Virus record (IMG/VR): IMGVR_UViG_3300010412_001298
Direction: 5' to 3' (one strand)
Origin: a virus
DNA length: 17,623 nt
Part shown: positions 8,101-14,750 of the stretch, piece by piece
Layout: each line of letters starts with the position of its first letter
Position numbering within the stretch: the first letter of the stretch is position 1
The notes under the pieces: model-generated
What the model was told of the DNA's origin: nothing
What the model saw: the letters and a program-made list of their open reading frames with translations, nothing else
Databases searched by the model: none
Program-made: the position numbers and the translations under genes

Positions 8101-8457
8101 ATGTTAGAAGAATTTTTTGATATAACATATAAATCAAAAACAAATATTGATGAATCTATTTATATATCAATTTTTCGTAATAAACATAAAATAGCATTGT
8201 TACAAGGTTTAACTGATCTTAATTTATATACTGTTGATGAAATCAACAAATTTTTCAAATTATATATTTCTATTTGTAAAGATTATATTGAGTTAAATAA
8301 AAAATTCATTAATTCAATTGAAAAAAATTCAATGAAAGTTTTTGAGATAAAAGGTATGATTGAATTTTTAGATGATTTTGATAAATTAGATATCATAAAT
8401 GATAAAAATTTATTTTTGTTATTTACAATCAAAAGAAAATATATAAAAAATACTTGA
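8101..8457 (+). CDS. hypothetical protein
   Basis: 118 aa ORF. Confidence 0.6.
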   Translation: MLEEFFDITYKSKTNIDESIYISIFRNKHKIALLQGLTDLNLYTVDEINKFFKLYISICKDYIELNKKFINSIEKNSMKVFEIKGMIEFLDDFDKLDIINDKNLFLLFTIKRKYIKNT

Positions 8458-8465
8458 AAAAAGTA

Positions 8466-8494
8466 TTGACATTTTTATATTTTAAATATATAAT
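8466..8494 (+). promoter_or_regulatory. sigma70 promoter TTGACA-17-TATAAT
   Basis: Direct match. Confidence 0.85.
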
Positions 8495-8525
8495 TAATAT
8501 TGTAATTTAACTAAACAAGGCAAAC

Positions 8526-8975
8526 ATGAAAAACGTAAGAAAAGGTAGAACAATACTACAATACTTGAATGACTACGAACTTGATGGCTTGGAAAAAAGC
8601 AATGCCGCATTATCTGAGGCATTACAAACAAAAAATATTTTGGAATCAGGTGATGATGTAATAACAGCAATAGAAACAACAGCAGAATTTACATGGTTTG
8701 CTGGTATGGTTATTTCTTTAACACAATGTAAATCATGTAAAGATATCACAGATGCTTTAGATGTGTTTATTTCAACTTTAAAGCAAATGATTGAAAATGG
8801 TATACCAAAACAAAAAAATGAATGTGATGAAGAAATTTGGATATCTTTTAAAAACGCAATTTTGCTTCGTTTTTATCAAAAAATATACGATGACTTGGTG
8901 ACATTGCAACCACCAACAGAATTAGAATGTGGTTATATTGTTGATAAAGCAAAAGAGATTGTAAAAGACAATTAA
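8526..8975 (+). CDS. hypothetical protein
   Basis: 149 aa, directly downstream of a strong promoter. Confidence 0.7.
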   Translation: MKNVRKGRTILQYLNDYELDGLEKSNAALSEALQTKNILESGDDVITAIETTAEFTWFAGMVISLTQCKSCKDITDALDVFISTLKQMIENGIPKQKNECDEEIWISFKNAILLRFYQKIYDDLVTLQPPTELECGYIVDKAKEIVKDN

Positions 8976-8988
8976 TTTCTTTTATAAT
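8959..8988 (+). promoter_or_regulatory. possible rtcB promoter TTGTAA-18-TATAAT
   Basis: Only the -10 is strong. Confidence 0.4.
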
Positions 8989-9024
8989 ACCAAAAAAAAA
9001 TGTCTTAACATTTTTTTTTGGTAT
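8987..9024 (+). other. 17-bp perfect hairpin in the rtcB leader
   Basis: ATACCAAAAAAAAATGT CTTA ACATTTTTTTTTGGTAT. Confidence 0.85.
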
Positions 9025-9045
9025 ACATCAAAAACGGAAAACAGA

Positions 9046-10305
9046 ATGAGAATAAAAAGATTAGATGAATTAAACAAACCTTATAATATCTACACAACTG
9101 TATTAGAAACAGAAGCATTAGATCAATTTATCGATGCAATGCAACAAAAAGAAGTAGTAAAAGGTGCGTTAATGCCGGATGCACATTCAGGTTATACATT
9201 ACCGATTGGTGGTGTTGTAGCATTAAAAGGAAATATTTGTCCAGCTTATGTAGGATATGATATAGGATGTGGTGTATGCGCACTTAAAACAACTTTCAAA
9301 AAAACTGATATCAAAGAAAAACAGAATCAAATTTTTGATTCAATTTATGAATTAATTCCTGTTGGTTTTGAAATAAATCCACCATCAAAAGCAGCAAATT
9401 ATTCATTAGAAGGTTTGACATCTATTGGACAAAAAATCGCATCTGAAAAACAACATAATCGACAATTAGGAACATTGGGTGGTGGAAATCATTTCATTGA
9501 AATTGGATATGATGAAAATGATAATGTATGGATAATAATTCATTCAGGTAGTCGTGGTGTTGGACATGGTTTAGCAACACATTATATGAAATTAGCATTC
9601 ATTAATATTGATAAAATGTATGCTGATTATGATGAAAAACATCAACAAGCAAAAAGATATCAAAACAAATCAGGATATGAAAAAAATCGTAAAAAAGCAA
9701 TTGATCTTTTAATAAAAAAAGCAAAAGCCGATGAAGGACATCATTATTTAGATGTTAATACACAAGAAGGTAAGGATTATATAACTGATTTAAAATGGTG
9801 TCTAAATTACGCATTAGAAAATCGTAAAATAATGTTAGAACGAGTAATGGATGCCATTTTACGTTTTTGTTATGGTAAAGCAAAATGGGAAACATTGATA
9901 AACCGTAATCATAATCATGCAGAATTAAAAGATGGTTTATGGATACATCGAAAAGGTGCAACACATGCTGAAAAAGATATGTTAGGTGTTATTCCTGGTA
10001 ATATGCGTGATGGTTGTTATATTGTTAAAGGTAAAGGTAATCCTGATTCTTTATGTTCAAGTTCACATGGTGCTGGTAGACAAAAAAGCCGTAGTAAAGC
10101 AAAAAAAGATTTGAATGTTGATGTATTCAAATTTCAAATGGAAGGAATTAAATCATCTGCATCAATCGATACATTGGATGAAGCTCCTGGTGCTTATAAA
10201 AATTTTGATGATGTAATGAATAATCAAAAAGATTTGATTGAAAAATTATATCATATTAAACCATTGATTAATATAAAAGATAGTGGTAAACCCAAATATC
10301 TGTAA
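9046..10305 (+). CDS. rtcB: RtcB, tRNA-splicing/RNA-repair 3'-phosphate RNA ligase
   Basis: DAHSGYTLPIGGVVAL, GYDIGCGVCA, GGGNHFIEIG, HSGSRGVGH, NHNHAELKDG, HRKGATHA, SSSHGAGRQKSRSKA, EAPGAYKNFDDVM. Confidence 0.97.
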   Translation: MRIKRLDELNKPYNIYTTVLETEALDQFIDAMQQKEVVKGALMPDAHSGYTLPIGGVVALKGNICPAYVGYDIGCGVCALKTTFKKTDIKEKQNQIFDSIYELIPVGFEINPPSKAANYSLEGLTSIGQKIASEKQHNRQLGTLGGGNHFIEIGYDENDNVWIIIHSGSRGVGHGLATHYMKLAFINIDKMYADYDEKHQQAKRYQNKSGYEKNRKKAIDLLIKKAKADEGHHYLDVNTQEGKDYITDLKWCLNYALENRKIMLERVMDAILRFCYGKAKWETLINRNHNHAELKDGLWIHRKGATHAEKDMLGVIPGNMRDGCYIVKGKGNPDSLCSSSHGAGRQKSRSKAKKDLNVDVFKFQMEGIKSSASIDTLDEAPGAYKNFDDVMNNQKDLIEKLYHIKPLINIKDSGKPKYL

Positions 10306-10335
10306 GATTTTTTAAACTATATAGTTTAAAAAATC
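10306..10335 (+). terminator. 30-bp perfect AT-rich palindrome after the rtcB stop
   Basis: GATTTTTTAAACTATATAGTTTAAAAAATC. Confidence 0.55.
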
Positions 10336-10357
10336 AAGACATGAATGATTAATATAG

Positions 10358-10492
10358 ATGGACATATTTTATGGTATTATTTTATTATTAATTATTGTAA
10401 AGTTTTTTTATCATTTTTTGTATCAAATTCATTTTTTTTTTAAAAAAAAGCATGTTCGTAAAAAAAACATGAATGTGAAGAAAAAAACGTGA
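10358..10492 (+). CDS. 44-aa hydrophobic peptide with basic tail
   Basis: MDIFYGIILLLIIVKFFYHFLYQIHFFFKKKHVRKKNMNVKKKT*. No clear SD; absent from the ORF track. Confidence 0.3.
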   Translation: MDIFYGIILLLIIVKFFYHFLYQIHFFFKKKHVRKKNMNVKKKT

Positions 10493-10514
10493 AAAAAATA
10501 TTTGAAAAAATAAC

Positions 10515-10543
10515 TTGACAATTTTTAAACTCAAACGTATAAT
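10515..10543 (+). promoter_or_regulatory. sigma70 promoter (first of tandem pair)
   Basis: TTGACA-17-TATAATAGTATACATACAAACAAG. Confidence 0.85.
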
Positions 10544-10607
10544 AGTATACATACAAACAAGTTAAAAAGTTTTCAAAAAAGATTTTCAAAATAAATAAAA
10601 AAAGTAG

Positions 10608-10636
10608 TTGACAATTTTAAAACTTCAATGTATAAT
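10608..10636 (+). promoter_or_regulatory. sigma70 promoter (second of tandem pair)
   Basis: TTGACA-17-TATAATAGTATACATAC. Confidence 0.88.
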
Positions 10637-10704
10637 AGTATACATACTAAAAAGTTAAAAACTTAAAGTATAAACCAAAAAAAAACACACACAAAGGTAA
10701 TGAA

Positions 10705-11028
10705 ATGAAAACAATTGAAATTTTAGTAGTCAAAAGCCAAAGCACTTATATTGAAGTAGAAGTAGATGAACAATTAAGCGATGCCAAAGCATTTCAACAA
10801 GCATTAAAAGACGCACCAGCGGTATTGAAAGCAGATGAAGATGTAGAATTCAACATTGAAGGTTCACTACATTATCACATCAAAGAAGAAAATGTAGCTG
10901 AAATTGAAGGATTGAAAACAATCAGATTCAAAAATGCAAGAAAAGCATTAGAATTAGCATTTGAAGATGATAATTTCACCAAAGCCGAAATGGTAGAATT
11001 TCTTCAAGAACAATTGAACAATATTTGA
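10705..11028 (+). CDS. hypothetical acidic protein
   Basis: 107 aa, behind a dual promoter, SD AAAGGTAATG. Confidence 0.75.
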   Translation: MKTIEILVVKSQSTYIEVEVDEQLSDAKAFQQALKDAPAVLKADEDVEFNIEGSLHYHIKEENVAEIEGLKTIRFKNARKALELAFEDDNFTKAEMVEFLQEQLNNI

Positions 11029-11062
11029 TTTTAAACTATTATAAAAATAATAGTTTAAAATC
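11027..11062 (+). terminator. hairpin, 15-bp stem
   Basis: GATTTTAAACTATTA taaaaa TAATAGTTTAAAATC, overlapping the stop codon. Confidence 0.55.
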
Positions 11063-11098
11063 ATGAAACAAATAGAAAAATTTAGCTAATAAATTAAA

Positions 11099-11326
11099 AT
11101 GATCATACCAAAAGCAACACCAGAAACAACACTAAGTAATTTTCTAACAGCAATACTAAAAAAAAATAAAATCACAAAAAAAGAATTTTTCAAAAAAACA
11201 AAGTTAGAAAAAAGCATTTTTCAAAAAGAAACAGAACTAACAGAAGAAGCAGCTTTAGCATTACAAAAATTCACATTAGTTGATTATTCATATTGGATTG
11301 AATTATCGAAAAAAAAGTTGGAATAA
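11099..11326 (+). CDS. small HigA/XRE-like helix-turn-helix protein
   Basis: FLTAILKKNKITKKEFFKKTKLEKSIFQ...LTEEAALALQKFTLVDYSYWIELSKKK matches the HigA-like HTH pattern (…EMALRLAK..G…FWLNLQ). Confidence 0.5.
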   Translation: MIIPKATPETTLSNFLTAILKKNKITKKEFFKKTKLEKSIFQKETELTEEAALALQKFTLVDYSYWIELSKKKLE

Positions 11327-11332
11327 AAAAGA

Positions 11333-11361
11333 TTGACATTTTTATATTTTGAATATATAAT
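11333..11361 (+). promoter_or_regulatory. sigma70 promoter TTGACA-17-TATAAT
   Basis: Followed by AGTATACATAC. Confidence 0.88.
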
Positions 11362-11415
11362 AGTATACATACAAAACAAGTATACAACCAAACCAAACCA
11401 ATCAAAAAGTAAAAA

Positions 11416-11715
11416 ATGTTTAAAGATATAGATCAAGAAATCAAAAATTTTTTAAAAGCAGCCCAAGGTAAAATTGCAATCCCAACAATGTTATCAACTT
11501 TAGATAAAATGATTTGGAAAACAGGACGTGATACCGCAATCAAAGACGCAGAAACACAATTTTACAAAAACCAACCTTTACAACCAATATTATCAGCACC
11601 AAAAAATGTAGAAAAAAGCGATATTTGGTTAAATGGCTACAACATCACCGTTCATTTTTTACAACAAGGCACACAAAACATCATCAATCAAGCCATAAAA
11701 AATATGGCAAAATAA
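11416..11715 (+). CDS. hypothetical protein
   Basis: 99 aa, behind a strong promoter. Confidence 0.7.
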   Translation: MFKDIDQEIKNFLKAAQGKIAIPTMLSTLDKMIWKTGRDTAIKDAETQFYKNQPLQPILSAPKNVEKSDIWLNGYNITVHFLQQGTQNIINQAIKNMAK

Positions 11716-11725
11716 AAAAACAGTA

Positions 11726-11758
11726 TCAGTATTAGTTGTTTTTTTCAACTAATACTGA
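11726..11758 (+). other. 13-bp perfect hairpin with T7 loop
   Basis: TCAGTATTAGTTG TTTTTTT CAACTAATACTGA. No downstream T-run. Confidence 0.8.
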
Positions 11759-11762
11759 AGTT

Positions 11763-11891
11763 ATTGAATTTAAAAAATATAGTCATTGAAAAAGATACTA
11801 CAAAATAGGTTCAAATCCTATATTTCGCTCCAAACAAATTGCGAAATATATAATATTCTTTTTCATAAATACTATATTTTTTAAATTCAAT
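11763..11891 (+). ncRNA. candidate Y RNA 1 (YrlA-like) with permuted tRNA-like module
   Basis: Perfect 21-bp outer stem (11763-11783/11871-11891), bulged C11784, 9-bp upper stem (11787-11795/11857-11865), T-arm ATAGG-TTCAAAT-CCTAT (11805-11821), 7-bp acceptor-like stem ATTTCGC/GCGAAAT (11822-11828/11841-11847) closed by TCCAAACAAATT. Confidence 0.65.
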
Positions 11892-11970
11892 TTAGAACAT
11901 CTACAAAAACAGAGGGTTTGCCAATATTCATATGAATGGTAGAACATTTGTCTAAAAATAAAATCTTACT

Positions 11971-12063
11971 TTAATAATTTGATAAATTCAGTCATTAAAT
12001 TTGCTACTACACTATTAACGTAATTTGCAGATTTTATTCATACTGAATTTATCAAATTATTAA
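11971..12063 (+). ncRNA. candidate Y RNA 2 (short form)
   Basis: Perfect 22-bp outer stem (11971-11992/12042-12063), bulged C11993, upper stem AAATTTGC/GCAGATTT (one G-U), and the same AGTCATT-8nt-TACTACA spacing as RNA 1. Confidence 0.6.
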
Positions 12064-12086
12064 CAATCAAAAAGGTGAAAAAACCA

Positions 12087-14477
12087 ATGCAAACACTTGA
12101 AAACCAAGTCACATCAACATTACAAAATCTAATAGCAGGAGATAGAAATAAATTTATCTTCATTCCAACACCATTCACAACAAGCAATGTTGATAAACAA
12201 GAAGTATTAAGATTCCTAATCAATTTACATGATTTTGGATATGGTATCTCAAATGCTCATGTATTATTAGAATTAAATAAAATCAATTTCAATAGATTTA
12301 AATCAGAATTTCTAACATATATCAAATCTAATATCAAAGAAGGAATGATATTCAGAAAAACATTCGGTGATAAAAAGAAATTAACACCTTATACCACAGA
12401 AGAATGGTTAGCAATATTTGCTCAATATAGTATAACATATGGCTGGCCAAATGAATACCAAGGACTTTTTGGTGTAAATCCATCAATAGTATTAGACAAA
12501 TATGTCGGATCAATGTCTGATAAAATAACCAAATTAAAAGGAACAAAAAGAGTAATTGAAATAGGAGATTACACTGATTTAGTAGAAATATTGAGAAATA
12601 TTTCAACACAAACATCAGTATTAAGATCACAACAAATTGAAACATTAAAAAATAGCCCATCAAACGCATTAGTAGAAGCAATAGATGGTTATGATATACC
12701 AATAAAAGAAACTCGTGTGATGTTAATGAAATTAACAAAAGGTCACACATTCAAAAAACCATTATTAAAAACAGCAACAGATGTTTTGCGTTTCATTGTG
12801 TCAGAATATGCACATGAAAGTTATGAAGGAGTATTAATAAATTCTAAATTACAAAAAACAAAATTAAGAATACCAACATCAGCAAGAAAAATGATATTAT
12901 TGCAATTAGAATTAATTGCAAAAAACAGAAAAGCAAAAGGTGAATATTATTTAGCAGAAGATATGTTTTCTTATTCATCATTTTGGAAACAAGTAAACCG
13001 TTATCTTCGTTATGAAAAACAAGAAGCAATGCGTAAAAAATATCCATTATATACATTAGCAATTGATTTATTATATAAAGGGGATCGTTCATGGACATTC
13101 AATTCAAGATTTTCTAATGCTAAAGAAAATCAAGATTATGCATCAGCTGTTTTAATAGCAAGTGAAAAACCAGGTTTTCTATTAAGAAATCTTTTAGATT
13201 TTCTAACAAAAATAAAAGGTGAAAAAATACCAGTTAAAATAGATGCAAAGAAAAATAAAAATGCTTTTCAAGACGCACTGCAAAGAAACAGAGTACAATC
13301 AAATGTAGTCAAAACAGATGCAGTATCATTTTTCAAAAGCAAACGATTTGAAAAAATCTTAAATGATCATTTGAATCCAAAAATAGCATGGCAATTAATT
13401 GAAAAATTGCAAGATGAAGAATTGTATAAACCACAATATGTTCGTGTTGTGCAAGGAGTAACTGTCAAATATTCAACACCAATACCAGGTTTAAATGTAC
13501 CATTAACAAAATATGTACAAGGTTTATTAATGAATACATTAAAAGCAAAATTACAATATCGTAATAAAGATATTGGTTTGGTTTATATTGATAAGGATGC
13601 TAAAAAATACGCAATTCAATATTCAGGACGTAAAAGCACAGAAATCACTTATTCTGGAGAATATTTATCTAAAGGAACATCAATTGATTTTAGTGAAATT
13701 GTCGGAAGCAATAACGTGAAAAATCCAGTATTAAGAATGGGAGTAATGTGGCGAGCAACTGAAAAGAAAAAACAATCAATTGATTTAGATCATAATTTCA
13801 CAGTAAAAAGAAACACAAATGAAACAGAAGTTTTGTATTACGGTAAACCTGAATTAAAAGGAAGAAATGGTAATATAATTGGTGTAAGTTCAGGTGATAT
13901 TACATCAAATGGTGATCATAATAGTGCATTTTCATGTGAAATGATTGATATAAATATCAATGATATGTTAGCAAATGGATTTGAAACAGGCTACAATTCA
14001 ATAATCAATTATAATGGAGTAGTAGGAATAGGTTCATTAGAAGCATATTTCTTTTTCTCATTGATTGATAAAAAAGATCGTTTGATAAAAGGAAATAAAA
14101 TCAAAGTTGATCTTGCACAAATGGATTATGCAATTCGTATAGATCCAGAAAATAAAGATAATACAGGATCTTATATTGGGTTTTTAGTAAATTTCAAAAA
14201 ACAAGTAATTGAAGTATTAGCAGAACCAGTTTTTGGTGAAAACAATTCTTATTCAAATGCAATAACAAATTTGGTTATTTTTGAAAAAGTAATGAAAAAC
14301 AGAAGATTACCATTGACTGTAGGTTATACATTAAAACAAGCCTTATCAGAATCAAATTTAATTGATGTACCAGAAATGGCTGATGTTATAATTTCAAAAA
14401 CACAACCATTAAATACAACTGCAACTTGGATTCATCCTGGTCGTGATTTTGAAAAAATCAATCAAATGATTTTTTGA
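12087..14477 (+). CDS. large protein (~796 aa), candidate Y-RNA partner; C-terminal region TerD-like, N-terminal helical region of unknown family
   Basis: SD AAAGGTG at 12072 with ATG 12087 (the track uses GTG 12075). C-terminal GVMWRA..QSIDLDHNFT...GDITSNGDHN...EMIDININ...EAYFFFSLID...YAIRIDPENKDNTGSYIGFLV has the layout of TerD proteins. Confidence 0.6.
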   Translation: MQTLENQVTSTLQNLIAGDRNKFIFIPTPFTTSNVDKQEVLRFLINLHDFGYGISNAHVLLELNKINFNRFKSEFLTYIKSNIKEGMIFRKTFGDKKKLTPYTTEEWLAIFAQYSITYGWPNEYQGLFGVNPSIVLDKYVGSMSDKITKLKGTKRVIEIGDYTDLVEILRNISTQTSVLRSQQIETLKNSPSNALVEAIDGYDIPIKETRVMLMKLTKGHTFKKPLLKTATDVLRFIVSEYAHESYEGVLINSKLQKTKLRIPTSARKMILLQLELIAKNRKAKGEYYLAEDMFSYSSFWKQVNRYLRYEKQEAMRKKYPLYTLAIDLLYKGDRSWTFNSRFSNAKENQDYASAVLIASEKPGFLLRNLLDFLTKIKGEKIPVKIDAKKNKNAFQDALQRNRVQSNVVKTDAVSFFKSKRFEKILNDHLNPKIAWQLIEKLQDEELYKPQYVRVVQGVTVKYSTPIPGLNVPLTKYVQGLLMNTLKAKLQYRNKDIGLVYIDKDAKKYAIQYSGRKSTEITYSGEYLSKGTSIDFSEIVGSNNVKNPVLRMGVMWRATEKKKQSIDLDHNFTVKRNTNETEVLYYGKPELKGRNGNIIGVSSGDITSNGDHNSAFSCEMIDININDMLANGFETGYNSIINYNGVVGIGSLEAYFFFSLIDKKDRLIKGNKIKVDLAQMDYAIRIDPENKDNTGSYIGFLVNFKKQVIEVLAEPVFGENNSYSNAITNLVIFEKVMKNRRLPLTVGYTLKQALSESNLIDVPEMADVIISKTQPLNTTATWIHPGRDFEKINQMIF

Positions 14478-14500
14478 AAAAAACTGAAATTTGAAAAATG

Positions 14501-14533
14501 AAAAGGAGTAAATATTTACTCCTTTTTTTTTGA
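14501..14533 (+). terminator. Rho-independent terminator
   Basis: AAAAGGAGTAAATATTTACTCCTTTT plus T-run. Confidence 0.9.
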
Positions 14534-14563
14534 AAAAATTTTTCAAAAAAAGTGAAAAAAAAG

Positions 14564-14592
14564 ATTGACAATTTTTAAACTCTAATGTATAA
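14564..14592 (+). promoter_or_regulatory. sigma70 promoter (first of tandem pair)
   Basis: TTGACA-17-TATAAT, AGTATACATACAAACAAG. Confidence 0.87.
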
Positions 14593-14648
14593 TAGTATAC
14601 ATACAAACAAGTTAAAAAGTTTTCAAAAAAGATTTTCAAAAAAAAAGA

Positions 14649-14677
14649 TTGACAATTTTTAAACTCTAATGTATAAT
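14649..14677 (+). promoter_or_regulatory. sigma70 promoter (second of tandem pair)
   Basis: TTGACA-17-TATAAT, AGTATACATAC. Confidence 0.88.
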
Positions 14678-14750
14678 AGTATACATACTAAAAAGTTAAA
14701 AACTTAAAGTATAAAACGCAAAACACACACTTATATAAAAGGAAAACAAA

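Noticed and set aside
9005-9027. Promoter TTAACA...TATACA for rtcB
   Set aside because: Spacing between elements is only 11 nt, too short for sigma70.
11778-11832. Ordinary tRNA ending ...ATAGGTTCAAATCCTATATTTCGCTCCA
   Set aside because: No GCGAAAT 5' acceptor strand lies upstream. The only complementary strand is 12 nt downstream, giving permuted topology, and no D-arm or anticodon loop exists.
11763-12063. Permuted (two-piece) tmRNA
   Set aside because: A complete one-piece tmRNA exists at 1581-1933, and no tag-like reading frame or tmRNA D-loop consensus follows GCGAAAT.
12352-13098. Minus-strand ORFs (132 aa, 84 aa) inside the 800-aa gene
   Set aside because: Leu/Phe-rich shadow ORFs of an AT-rich coding strand; no RBS or motifs.
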